Assembly (NCBI GenBank): GCA_030650425.1
Contig: JAUSED010000003.1
Location: 199,903-263,902 of the forward strand
Length of the DNA stretch: 64,000 nt
Reading direction: 5' to 3'
Source: Candidatus Omnitrophota bacterium
GTDB taxonomy: Bacteria > Omnitrophota > Gorgyraeia > Gygaellales > Profunditerraquicolaceae
Shown here: positions 1 to 11,143 of the stretch, in pieces
Layout of the letters: each line of letters begins with the position of its first letter
How positions within the stretch are numbered: the stretch's first letter is position 1
Translations under genes and position numbers: made by a program
Notes under the pieces: model-generated
The model's input: the letters and a program-made list of their open reading frames with translations, nothing else
Told to the model about the DNA's origin: nothing
Databases searched by the model: none

Positions 1-225
1 GACCATCATAATTATAGCGAAGAGGATTTATTCGGTATCGCTACTAAATGCGCGAAAGAAAGTTTAGGGATAATCCTCACCACTGAAAAAGATGCGGTAA
101 GAATATCCGAGGCAAAACTAAAACTCTTTGAGGGGTATCAGCTTTTGGTTTTACGCATAGCCTTAAAAATCACCAAAAATGAAGAGCAACTTTTTAATCG
201 ATTACTTAGCCTGTATTCTTTTTAG
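1..225 (+). CDS. lpxK: tetraacyldisaccharide 4'-kinase LpxK, C-terminal fragment (gene begins upstream of window)
   Basis: Frame 1 reads DHHNYSEEDLFGIATKCAKESLGIILTTEKDAVRISEAK... to TAG at 223-225. The DHHxY...TEKDAVK tail is typical of the LpxK C-terminus. It directly precedes the lipid A acyltransferase gene. Confidence 0.5.
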   Translation, partial: DHHNYSEEDLFGIATKCAKESLGIILTTEKDAVRISEAKLKLFEGYQLLVLRIALKITKNEEQLFNRLLSLYSF

Positions 226-2122
226 GATTCTCGGGGCAACCTTTAGGTTTCTTCCGGTTGGATGGAGCCTTTGCTTAGGCCGCAGGGCCGGGGATTGCTT
301 TTATTATTTCGACTTTAAGCATAAGGCGAGGAGCTACGCGAACATTAAATTTGCCGTAGGTAAAGAATTACCTCCCGCGAAAATCGCGAAACTCACCAAA
401 GAATTTTATCAGTCATTCGGGCAAAGTTTGATTGAGATATTCCTGATCCCTAAAGTAGATAAAGCCTATATGGATAAATATATACATATAGAGGGATTGG
501 AGAATATCTACAACGGTTTAAAAAAAGGTAAGGGAGTAATTCTTATCGCGATACACGCGGGAAGCTGGGAGTTGGCTAATATTATCTGCGCCAACCTCGG
601 TTTTCCGTTTTATCTTTTTATTAAGGATCAGGATTTCCCGCGTTTAAACGAATTACTGAATAAATACCGCCGGCAAAAAGGGTGCAAGATAATTGCTAAA
701 GAAGGGGGGCTCAAACAATTAATCGAAGCGCTTAAAAACAACTCGGCGGTGGGTATAACTTTGGATCAGGGCGGTAAGACAGGAGAGCTGGTGGATTTCT
801 TTGGCAGGAGCGCCTCGATGTCTACCGGCGGGATAAAACTGGCTTTAAAATACGGATGTCCGGTTGTTCCGGTATATTTTAAGCGGACCCGTGGCCCGAA
901 TGTGCAGGTATTGGTGGGAAAAGAGTTGGAATTAACCAAAACCGGAAATTCGGATACTGACCTGAAAGATAACCTGCGGAGATTCACTAAGTACTTCGAA
1001 GAATTAATCCGTAAGTACCCCAAAGAATATCTTTGGACCTACAAGATCTGGAAATATTCGGACCAGCGGAATATTCTTATCCTAAGCGATGGCAAGGCCG
1101 GGCATTCGCGCCAGTCAGAGGCTGTGGCTGAGATAGTTGTAGAGCGCCTGAAAAATAAAGGGATACAGGCAAAAGTTAATTTCATGGAAGTAAGGTTCAA
1201 AAATAAATTAGGCAAAACAATCCTTTCCTTAAGCAGTCTATTTACGGGAAAGTATCATTGTCAGGGGCGGCTTTGGTGCTTGAAGAAATCACTCAATGAA
1301 GATACATATAAAATGCTCATGCGTTTGAGCCCGGATATTATTATTTCTTCTGGTTCAGGGCTTGCGGCGGTTAACTTGGCGATTGCGCGTGAAAGCCTAA
1401 GCAAATCTATTCAGATTATGCGGCCGTCAATTTTGAGCGTGAAGAGATTTGATTTGGTGATTATGCCGCGGCATGACCATCCTCCGCAGAGAAAGAATAT
1501 AGTAGTTACCGCGGGGAGCCTTAATCTTGTAGAGGAACAATATCTTAAGCAAGAATCGGGTAAATTAATCCAGAGAGTAAATTTAAACCCGCAAGCCGGT
1601 TATGTCGGGGTATTAATAGGCGGGGATAGCAAGAGATTTGTCCTTGAGCATGACTTAATACGTAAAGTTATTGCTGAACTAAAAAAAGCCGCTGAGAAAA
1701 TCAACGCGGATATACTTTTGACTACTTCTCGCCGGACAAGTGCGGAAACTGAAGATTTGATAAAACAGGAGCTTAAAGATTATCCGCGCTGCAAACTTAT
1801 GGTTATTGCCAACGAGAAAAACATCCCGGAAGCAGTAGGGGGGATTTTAGGTCTAAGTAAGGTAATCGTGAGTTCTCCGGAGAGTATATCGATGATCTCT
1901 GAAGCAGTGAACAGCGCCAAACCAGTAGTAGTTTTTAGGGTAGGAGGTTTAAACAGGAAACATAGGGTCTTTGTTGAGAATTTATCCCGGAGTCAACATA
2001 TAATTCTAAGTGCAGTTGATTCTCTGGGGCAGAGAATAGAAGAAGCATGGCAGGATAAAGCTGCGGTAAATGTTTTAAGCGATAATGATTTAGTCGCTAA
2101 GGCGGTAGAAAAAATATTATGA
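179..2122 (+). CDS. lipid A biosynthesis lauroyl/myristoyl acyltransferase (LpxL/HtrB-like) N-domain fused to a DUF1022/ELM1-like C-domain
   Basis: The N-terminal ~300 aa match the LpxL/LPLAT family (FRFLPVGWSLCLGRRAGDCFYY..., IEGLENI, HAGSWELA). The C-terminal ~330 aa begin ILILSDGKAGHSRQSEAVAEIV, resembling the ELM1/DUF1022 family. Starts 47 nt inside the lpxK tail. Confidence 0.55.
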   Translation: MKSNFLIDYLACILFRILGATFRFLPVGWSLCLGRRAGDCFYYFDFKHKARSYANIKFAVGKELPPAKIAKLTKEFYQSFGQSLIEIFLIPKVDKAYMDKYIHIEGLENIYNGLKKGKGVILIAIHAGSWELANIICANLGFPFYLFIKDQDFPRLNELLNKYRRQKGCKIIAKEGGLKQLIEALKNNSAVGITLDQGGKTGELVDFFGRSASMSTGGIKLALKYGCPVVPVYFKRTRGPNVQVLVGKELELTKTGNSDTDLKDNLRRFTKYFEELIRKYPKEYLWTYKIWKYSDQRNILILSDGKAGHSRQSEAVAEIVVERLKNKGIQAKVNFMEVRFKNKLGKTILSLSSLFTGKYHCQGRLWCLKKSLNEDTYKMLMRLSPDIIISSGSGLAAVNLAIARESLSKSIQIMRPSILSVKRFDLVIMPRHDHPPQRKNIVVTAGSLNLVEEQYLKQESGKLIQRVNLNPQAGYVGVLIGGDSKRFVLEHDLIRKVIAELKKAAEKINADILLTTSRRTSAETEDLIKQELKDYPRCKLMVIANEKNIPEAVGGILGLSKVIVSSPESISMISEAVNSAKPVVVFRVGGLNRKHRVFVENLSRSQHIILSAVDSLGQRIEEAWQDKAAVNVLSDNDLVAKAVEKIL

Positions 2123-4202
2123 ATATCTTACAAATCTTACCAGAGCTTAATGTCGGCGGGGTTGAGACCGGAACTTTGGATCTCTCCAAATATTTAGTGC
2201 GCTTAGGGCATAAGGCAATAGTGGTCTCCGCGGGCGGCTCGCTGGTGAAGGATTTGGAGGCATTGGGAGGCGTTCATTACCAATTGCCCGTGCACAAAAA
2301 ATCTATTTTTTCGATGATTAAAGCGATTCCGCTTTTAATAGAGATTATCAAGAAAGAAAAAATCGATATCGTGCATGCGCGCTCCCGCGTGCCGGCCTGG
2401 ATCGCTTTTTTTGCCTGTCGCGAAACAAAAACCGTCTTGATCACTACCTGTCATGGCTATTATAAAAAACATCCGTTTAGTTATGTGATGGGTTGGGCCA
2501 AGCGGGTAATCGTTTTGAGTAATGTCATCGCCCGGCATATGATCGAAGACTTTAGTGTTCCGCACGAACGGATCAGGCTTATTCCGCGCAGCGTAGATCT
2601 GGAGAAGTTTAAATATTTTGATCCGGATAAAAAACGGGGAAAGGAATTTAATATCGGGATTATCGGCAGAATCACTCCGTTAAAAGGCCACCTCTATTTT
2701 ATTAAGGCCATGGCAAAAGCTGCCCGGGTTATCCCGCAGTTAAAGATTTGGATCGTAGGGGACGCCCCGAGTTCACGCCAAGCCTATAAAGAGCAGATCC
2801 AAGTATTAGTCAGAAGATTGGGGTTGGCTCATTGCACAGAGTTTTTGGGCACGCAAAAAAATATACCGGAGATCTTATCCAATTTAGATCTGGTGGTTCT
2901 GGCGACCACCACGCATGAGGCGTTTGGGAGGGTGATTGTTGAGGCGCAAGCCGCGGGTGTGCCGGTTGTCGCTACTGAAGTGGGTGGAGTGGTGGATATC
3001 ATCGAACACGGCCGCACAGGATTAATCGTTCCTCCGAGCGACCCCCAAAGCATGGCCGAGGCAGTGATCAAGATATTTAAGGATCCGGAGTTAGCGCGTA
3101 ATCTTAGCGAAGCAGCCTATCAAAAAGTCAAAGAGAAATACAATGTCGAGTTAATGGTTGATAACACGCTTAATGTTTATCAGGAGGCGTTGAGTAATTT
3201 TAGGCTTTTAATCATTAAGTTGAGTTCGTTGGGAGATCTCATTTTATCTACGCCGGGCTTGCGGGCGATAAGAGAGAAGTTTCCGCGCCACAAGATAAGT
3301 TTTCTGGTCGGAGAAGAATCTAAAGAACTACTCTTGAGGTCTCCTTATATAGACGAGTTGCTGGTGGTTAACTTAAAAAATAAAGATAAAGGCTTAAAAG
3401 GCCTGTTTAATATTGCCCGGATTCTAAGAAAGAAAAATTTTGATCTGGTCATTGACCTGCAGAATAACCGCGTCAGCCACCTGCTTTCTTTCTTCTCTTT
3501 AAGCCCTGACCGTTACGGCTATGATAACAAAAAATTCGGTTTCTTACTTAACCACAGGATCAAAGATGAAAAGCCCGCGCTGGATCCTGTGACGCATCAA
3601 TTTTGTGTCTTGAAGATGCTGGGGATAGACTTAAGGGATAACCGTCTGGAGTTATGGCCTGGCAAAGAAGACGAAGAATATATCGAAAATTTCCTGAGCA
3701 GGGAATGGTTGAGCGCTGACCAGAAAATCATCGGAATAAATATCAGCGCCAGTAAGAGGTGGTTGACTAAAGCTTGGCCAAAAGACCGTATTGCCAAGCT
3801 GTGCGATGAACTGGGGCTAAAAAACATCCGGGTTTTGATTACCGGTACAGAGAATGATGCGCAGGAAGCCAATGCTTTAACCGCGATGGTCAAGAATACC
3901 AAGATTATCAATGCCTGCGCCAAAACCAACGTGAATCAGTTAGCCGCGCTGATCAAACGTTGTTCTTTGTACATCTCGGCGGATTCCTCGCCTCTGCACA
4001 TAGCCGCGGCTGTGAACATACCGGTGATTGCCTTTTTTGGTCCGACTGACCCGGCAAGACATATGCCTCCGGCAAAACATTACGTAATTATTCGCAGAGA
4101 ATTGGAATGCAGCCCCTGTTATAAGCCTAAATGCAGGCATAAAAAGTGCATGGATATGATTACGGTTGAAGAAGTGTTGGAGGCAGTAGATAAATTACTT
4201 AG

Positions 4203-4206
<4 letters not shown>
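2119..4206 (+). CDS. fused glycosyltransferase: GT4 (N-terminal) + GT9 heptosyltransferase-like (C-terminal)
   Basis: GT4 motif EAFGRVIVEAQAAGVPVVATEVGGVVDIIEHGRTGLIVPP. The C-half shows the GT9 hallmark IIKLSSLGDLILSTPGLRAIREKFP and a CSPC/KPKC Cys-rich tail as in RfaF/RfaC-type enzymes. ATGA overlap with the upstream gene. Confidence 0.7.
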
Positions 4207-5284
<1,078 letters not shown>

Positions 5285-5306
<22 letters not shown>

Positions 5307-6109
5307 TTGTCGCCGCGTTACTCGCGGTTATCATATTTTCCTTTCTAAGTTTCGTCCGGCATAAATACGTTCTTCCGGTAATTATGTACCACTCCATTAA
5401 TCCGGATACGCAAAACAACAGCCTTTTGGTGGTTACTCCGGAGAATTTCCGCAGACAGATGCGTTTTTTAAAGGAGCATGATTACCATGTGGTTTCTCTT
5501 GAAGAGGCGGCTGATTTCATAAGAAATAAAAAAAGGCCTCCACCTCGCACAATCGCGATAACTTTTGATGATGGATATAAAGATAACTATACCTATGCCC
5601 TCCCTATACTTAAAGAATACAATTTTACGGCGACGATATTTATTGTAGTGAATGAAGTAGGGGTTCCTCCGGATAAAAAGCTCTCTTGGGATGAAATTCA
5701 GGCTATACAGAAATCAGGGCTGATTACCTTCGGTAGTCACACGATTGATCATCCTAATCTGGCGGAGGTTACTTCCAGCGAAACCATCAAAAACGAAATT
5801 CAGGGCTCAAAAAAGATAATCGAGGAGAAGTTGGGAAAGAAAGTAGGGGCCTTTAGTTATCCCAGCGGAAGATTCAGTAAAGCCGCCCGGCAGGCGGTGA
5901 TTGATGCCGGATATAAACTGGCTGTAGCTACTAATCCGGGGAAGAGAATACCCGATGACGATATATTCGTCATCAAGCGGATCAGAATCTCCAAGAATTG
6001 CGATAATTTGTTTATATTCTGGGTAGAGACAAGCGGCTATTATAATTTTATGAGGGAGAGCAAGGGGCAGAAAAATGGGCGCGGAAGCCAAGAAGATACT
6101 TATCTTTAA
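5285..6109 (+). CDS. polysaccharide deacetylase (CE4/NodB-homology)
   Basis: N-terminal TM helix; ITFDDGYKDNY (the TFDDG motif) and a GSHTIDHPNL His motif. Confidence 0.7.
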
Positions 6110-7094
6110 TGTTAACTGGCTGGGAGATGTTTTATTCTCTACGGCGGTAATCCGGAATATCCGGCGTAATTTTCCGAATAGCTTCTTGGCCTGTATTATA
6201 CCAGCTAGGTGTTATCCCGTCTTAAAGGGAAACCCGCATTTGGATGAAATAATTATTTTTGACGAGAAAGACCGGCATAAGGGTTTATTCGCCAGGTTAG
6301 GCTTTATCCGTAATCTTAAGAATAAGAAGTTCGATATGGTCTTTCTTTTACACAGGTCATTTAGCCGCGCGCTTATCTGCCGTCTCGCCGGGATACCGGA
6401 AAGAATAGGCCATTATACGAAAAAAAGGGCCTTCCTGTTGACCAAAAAGATCATCCCGCCGAAGAGGGATTCGCTTCATCGCATAGATTATTATCTGGAT
6501 ATTATTGAGCAGGCAGGGTTAAGGGTAGAAGACCGCTATCCGGAATTCTTTATCAGTACTGAAGATAAAGCCTTTGTGGAAGACTTTCTGAATAAAAACT
6601 CGGTTAAGCAAGATGATTTTATCGTGGCTATAAACCCGGGAGGAAACTGGCCGCCTAAACGCTGGCCTAAAGATTATTGGGTGGAATTAGCGGATAAGCT
6701 GATTGAAGATTCTGCTGCCAAGTTAATTATTACCGGATCAGTTAATGATTTGTCTTTAGCTGGTTACATTCGCGGAAAAATGCTGCATAAGCCTATAGTT
6801 GCCTGCGGGGTATTTAATCTAAAACAGCTTGGCGCGTTAGCCAAAAAAGCGGACCTGTTTATTACCGCTGATACCGGGCCTTTGCATATCGCTAACAGCG
6901 TGGGAGCGAAAAAAATAATCGCGCTCTTTGGCCCTACCTCGCCGGCAGTCACCGGGCCTTATCCGTCAAAAAACGTCACTATCCTGCAGAAGGACGTGGG
7001 CTGCGAGATTTCCTGCTATGAAGTAAATTGTAAAGATAACCGCTGCATGAAGGCGATCACGCCTGCCGACGTGCTCCAAGAAATAAAAAAATAA
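6075..7094 (+). CDS. glycosyltransferase family 9 (ADP-heptose:LPS heptosyltransferase-like)
   Basis: ILIFNVNWLGDVLFSTAVIRNIRRNFP; NPGGNWPPKRWP; C-terminal TADTGPLHIANSVG...ALFGPT. These are the classic RfaF/RfaC signatures. Confidence 0.75.
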   Translation: MGAEAKKILIFNVNWLGDVLFSTAVIRNIRRNFPNSFLACIIPARCYPVLKGNPHLDEIIIFDEKDRHKGLFARLGFIRNLKNKKFDMVFLLHRSFSRALICRLAGIPERIGHYTKKRAFLLTKKIIPPKRDSLHRIDYYLDIIEQAGLRVEDRYPEFFISTEDKAFVEDFLNKNSVKQDDFIVAINPGGNWPPKRWPKDYWVELADKLIEDSAAKLIITGSVNDLSLAGYIRGKMLHKPIVACGVFNLKQLGALAKKADLFITADTGPLHIANSVGAKKIIALFGPTSPAVTGPYPSKNVTILQKDVGCEISCYEVNCKDNRCMKAITPADVLQEIKK

Positions 7095-7095
7095 G

Positions 7096-9120
7096 ATGGC
7101 GCGTAAAATACTTTTCATTACCCTCAGCAATATCGGCGATTGTCTACTCACTCTGCCGGTATTGGATAGCCTGCGGCAAAAATTCCCTGAAGCGCGAATT
7201 ACGGTCATCGCTGGGCCGCGGACAAAAGGAGTATTCGCGGGCAATCCTGATATCCACAAATTTATCACCTATGATAAACGCGCCAGCCTTAAAGAAAAAA
7301 TAAATTTATTCGTTTCTTTATGGAAAGAGAGCTTCGACGTAGTAGTTGATTTACGCAATAGCTTATTCGGAGTATTTCTTCCGGCCAAGTATAAAACTTC
7401 ACCTTTTTTGAAGATACCCAAGCGCGTCAAACATATGAAGGATAGGCATCTCTATAAGATAAAGGGTATATTCAAAATTAAGGACGCGCCTATTTTACCC
7501 GTAGCATTATATCCCAGCTTAACGGATAAAGAGAAGATTAATCAAATATTAAAAGAGAATAAAATCAATAGCGAAGATAAGTTAATCGTAGTTGCTGCCG
7601 GAGCGCGCAGCCACACGAAGCGCTGGCCCAGAGAGAGATTCATAGAATTGATCGCGAAGTTGATCCAAGAGTTGCCGGTAAAAATTATTTTGGTGGGAGA
7701 TCGGGAAGATAGGGAGGGTAATCAATATATCGCCCAACAGGTAAGGGTCCCACTAGTGGATTTGAGCGCCAGGACTTCACTCAATGAGTTGAGCTATCTT
7801 TTAAAAAAGGCGAGCCTCTTGATTAGTAATGACAGCGCGACTTTACATCTTGCCGGCTACCTGAATATTCCGGTAGTCGCTGTATTCGGAATAACTGATG
7901 ACGCCAAATACGGGCCATGGTCAGAAGGGTCTTTGGTAGCGAAAAAAGAAATATCCTGCCGGCCCTGTCAAGAGGCGCAATGTGAATTCGGGACTTTGGA
8001 ATGTATCACGTTGGTAAAAGTAGAGGATGTCTTTAGGCTAGTGAAAGATATATTGCTTAGTGAAGACAGAAGACAGAAGGCAGAAGACAGAAAAGAGTTT
8101 AAGCGGATACTGGTCGTACGTACCGACAGGATCGGCGATGTGCTTTTATCCACGCCGGTAATCAAGGCCTTAAGAGACAGTTATCCGCACGCCTTTATCG
8201 CGATGATGGTTTCTCCGTATGCTAAAGATATAGTCGAAGGTAATCCTTATTTGGATAAAGTAATCATTTTGGATAAGGACGGAGAACATAAAAATTGGCT
8301 GCGCTCGGTTAAATTAATCCGGAAATTAAAGAAGATGAAATTTGATTTGGCGCTCGTTTTACATCCGACTAACCGCGCGCACTTATTAACTTTTCTTAGC
8401 GCTATACCCAAAAGAGTCGGTTATGACCGTAAACTGGGATTCTTGCTTAGCGATAGGATTAAACATACCAAGCAGTTTGGAGAAAAACACGAGCTGGATT
8501 ATAACTTGGACTTATTAAGGTATTTAGGCGTCGAAATAAAAGATAAAAATTTATTTATACCGGTTAAGCCTGAAGCTGAAAAGTGGGTAGAGGAATTATT
8601 CAGGCAGGAAGGAATAAGTAGTTCAGATAAGCTATTGGCGCTTAACCCTAGCGCCAGCTGCCCGTCGAAAATCTGGCCGGCTGAGCGCTTTGCCCAAACA
8701 GCGGATAAGTTAACCCAAAAATACGGATTTAAGATCATAGTGATTAGCGGGCCAAAAGACATCAGGCTTGCCGATAATTTAGTTAAAAATATGCGCTCGA
8801 GGGCAATTAATCTGGCGGCAAAGACCTCCGTAACGCAATTGGCCAGCTTATTAAAAAGATGCAGCCTATTTATTTCCAATGATTCCGGCCCGGTGCATAT
8901 TGCTTCAGCTGTGGGCACGCCGGTGATTTCCATTTTTGGCAGGAATCAGGCAGGTTTGGGCCCGAAACGTTGGGGGCCGGTGGGAGAGCGGGATAAACTC
9001 CTGCATAAAGCTGCCTGCATAGAATGCCTGGCGCACAATTGCCAAAAACAATTCACTTGCCTTAAGGCAATTAGTGTTGAGGATGTGGTCTTGGCCGCGG
9101 ACGCAATTTTACAAAATTAA
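7096..9120 (+). CDS. tandem double GT9 heptosyltransferase-like protein (two complete GT9 modules in one polypeptide)
   Basis: Module 1 has ILFITLSNIGDCLLTLPVLDSLRQKFP ... SNDSATLHLAGYLNIPVVAVFG. Module 2 has ILVVRTDRIGDVLLSTPVIKALRDSYP ... SNDSGPVHIASAVGTPVISIFG. The linker EDRRQKAEDRKEF is encoded by a GACAGA-type repeat. Confidence 0.7.
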   Translation: MARKILFITLSNIGDCLLTLPVLDSLRQKFPEARITVIAGPRTKGVFAGNPDIHKFITYDKRASLKEKINLFVSLWKESFDVVVDLRNSLFGVFLPAKYKTSPFLKIPKRVKHMKDRHLYKIKGIFKIKDAPILPVALYPSLTDKEKINQILKENKINSEDKLIVVAAGARSHTKRWPRERFIELIAKLIQELPVKIILVGDREDREGNQYIAQQVRVPLVDLSARTSLNELSYLLKKASLLISNDSATLHLAGYLNIPVVAVFGITDDAKYGPWSEGSLVAKKEISCRPCQEAQCEFGTLECITLVKVEDVFRLVKDILLSEDRRQKAEDRKEFKRILVVRTDRIGDVLLSTPVIKALRDSYPHAFIAMMVSPYAKDIVEGNPYLDKVIILDKDGEHKNWLRSVKLIRKLKKMKFDLALVLHPTNRAHLLTFLSAIPKRVGYDRKLGFLLSDRIKHTKQFGEKHELDYNLDLLRYLGVEIKDKNLFIPVKPEAEKWVEELFRQEGISSSDKLLALNPSASCPSKIWPAERFAQTADKLTQKYGFKIIVISGPKDIRLADNLVKNMRSRAINLAAKTSVTQLASLLKRCSLFISNDSGPVHIASAVGTPVISIFGRNQAGLGPKRWGPVGERDKLLHKAACIECLAHNCQKQFTCLKAISVEDVVLAADAILQN

Positions 9121-9202
9121 ATTGATATCGAAATTAATCTGGTGATTGTGGTAAATATATAGTTGATTAAGCGCCGGATTGTGCTAAAATTATAATTTCA
9201 CT

Positions 9203-10132
9203 ATGATAGATATAAAGAAAGTTAAGACATATTCGGTTAAGGCGCGCTTGAGTAAGGTGAATTCCGCGGATTTTGCCCGCATTCCGGCTAAAAATAAGGG
9301 ATTTAGGGCTTTTTATGATTCTTTGCCTAATATCTTAAAGGCAAAGGATTTACGTTGCGTAGTGAATGATATAGCCGCTGCCCGTAAAAACGGTAAGGCA
9401 GTGATATTTATGGCCGGTGCCCACGTGATCAAATGCGGGCTTAATCTTGTCTTAATCGAGCTGATTAAAAATAAAGTGATTACCTGCATCTGTTTAAACG
9501 GCGCGGGGATTATCCACGATTTTGAAATTGCTTTTCAAGGAAAGACTTCCGAAGATGTCAGCCAAAACCTTAAAACCGGTAAATTCGGAATGGGCAGGGA
9601 GACCGCGGAGTTCATTAATAACGCGGTAGCCGAAGGCGTAGAAAGCGGATTAGGTTTAGGGCTCTCCGTCGCTAAAAAAATAGCCGATTCTAAATTGCCT
9701 TATAAAAATCTGAGTTTATTGTACAATGCCCATAAATACAAAGTTCCGGTCTGCGTTTTCGTCGGAATCGGCACAGATATCATTCATCAGCATCCTTCGT
9801 TTAACGCCGGGTTTACTGGCGAAGGGTCTCAGCGTGATTTTTATACGCTCACGGAAAATATCCGCGCCTTAAAGGGTGGAGGGGTAGTTTTAAATTTTGG
9901 CTCGGCAGTGATGCTTCCGGAAGTATTTTTGAAGGCTTTAAATTTAGCCCGTAATTTAGGGAGTAAAGTGAAAGATTTCACCACGGCTACTTTTGATATG
10001 ATTTATCAATACCGCGCGGCCCAGAATGTCGTGGCGCGCCCGGTGATCTCAGGCGGCCAAGGTTACTATATCATCGGCCACCATGAAATCATGCTCCCGC
10101 TTTTGGCGCAGGCAGTTATAGAAAAATTATGA
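9203..10132 (+). CDS. deoxyhypusine synthase-like (DHS family) protein, function unknown
   Basis: KAVIFMAGAHVIKCGLNLVLIELIKNKVITCICLNGAGIIHDFE parallels the DHS core [45 protein letters not shown]. No other family fits by eye. Confidence 0.4.
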   Translation: MIDIKKVKTYSVKARLSKVNSADFARIPAKNKGFRAFYDSLPNILKAKDLRCVVNDIAAARKNGKAVIFMAGAHVIKCGLNLVLIELIKNKVITCICLNGAGIIHDFEIAFQGKTSEDVSQNLKTGKFGMGRETAEFINNAVAEGVESGLGLGLSVAKKIADSKLPYKNLSLLYNAHKYKVPVCVFVGIGTDIIHQHPSFNAGFTGEGSQRDFYTLTENIRALKGGGVVLNFGSAVMLPEVFLKALNLARNLGSKVKDFTTATFDMIYQYRAAQNVVARPVISGGQGYYIIGHHEIMLPLLAQAVIEKL

Positions 10133-11142
10133 AAAATTTAAAAGAAATAGTGCGCAGGCTGAACAAGGCAAGAATTCTGGTCATCGGCGATCTTATCCTT
10201 GATGAATATATCTGGGGAAAAGTAGAGAGGATTTCGCCTGAGGCGCCAGTTCCGGTGGTTTGGGCGAATAAACGCACACATGTTCCGGGAGGAGCGGCCA
10301 ACGTAGCCAATAATATCCGTTCTTTTGGCGCCGAGGTCTATTTAGCCGGCGTTACCGGAGGCGATGCCAACGCCAAAATCCTGCTCGCGGAATTGAAGAA
10401 AAATAAAATAAATACCGAAGGCATCTTCGTTGAGCCACAGAGGTATACTACGGTGAAGACTCGAATTATCGCCGGGCATCAACAAGTGGTGCGCGTAGAT
10501 TGGGAGCATACCGAGCCGTTGATTAAGACAACAACGCAGAGGATCTTTAATTTCATTAAGGATAATATCGATAATTTTGACGCCATCATCATCGAAGATT
10601 ACGGAAAAGGGGTAATCAACGCCCAAGTTTTAGCAGGTTTGATTTTACTGGCTCAGGCGCATAAGAAAATCGTCACCGTCGACCCGAAAGAAGACCATTT
10701 CCAATATTACCGTCAGGTGACCTCGATTACTCCTAACCGCAAAGAATTGGAGAACGCGGTGAGAAATCTAAAGATTAAGGACAAAAAGAATAGATTAAAG
10801 CTGGAGAGCGATAAATTATTTACCGATAAGGATATTGACGCCGCGGGAAAACAGATATTGGAATATTTAGGGCTTGAGTCACTCTTAGTTACTTTAGGGG
10901 AACAAGGGATGAAGCTGTTTGAAAAGAATGGGGCGATCACGCATATCCCCACGGTGGCCCAAGAGGTCTTTGATGTATCCGGAGCAGGGGACACGGTAAT
11001 TTCGACTTTTACTCTCGGTTTATGCGGCGGGGCAAGCAGGCTAGAAGCTGCCCATATCGCTAATTACGCCGCCGGTATTGTCGTAGGCAAGATTGGCACA
11101 GCCACGACTACCCGGGAAGAACTTTTAAAAAGGTTAGGTTAA
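10129..11142 (+). CDS. hldE: D-glycero-beta-D-manno-heptose-7-phosphate kinase (HldE domain I / RfaE1, PfkB family)
   Basis: ILVIGDLILDEYIWGKVERISPEAPVPV is diagnostic of RfaE domain I. The C-terminal DVSGAGDTVISTF matches the PfkB motif. No adenylyltransferase domain is fused. Confidence 0.75.
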   Translation: MKNLKEIVRRLNKARILVIGDLILDEYIWGKVERISPEAPVPVVWANKRTHVPGGAANVANNIRSFGAEVYLAGVTGGDANAKILLAELKKNKINTEGIFVEPQRYTTVKTRIIAGHQQVVRVDWEHTEPLIKTTTQRIFNFIKDNIDNFDAIIIEDYGKGVINAQVLAGLILLAQAHKKIVTVDPKEDHFQYYRQVTSITPNRKELENAVRNLKIKDKKNRLKLESDKLFTDKDIDAAGKQILEYLGLESLLVTLGEQGMKLFEKNGAITHIPTVAQEVFDVSGAGDTVISTFTLGLCGGASRLEAAHIANYAAGIVVGKIGTATTTREELLKRLG

Positions 11143-11143
11143 A

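Noticed and set aside
9160-9202. Promoter call upstream of the DHS-like gene (TTGATT…TATAAT)
   Set aside because: Hexamers are present, but the -10 lies only ~10 nt from the ATG with no SD. It is plausible for a leaderless transcript but too uncertain to list as a feature.
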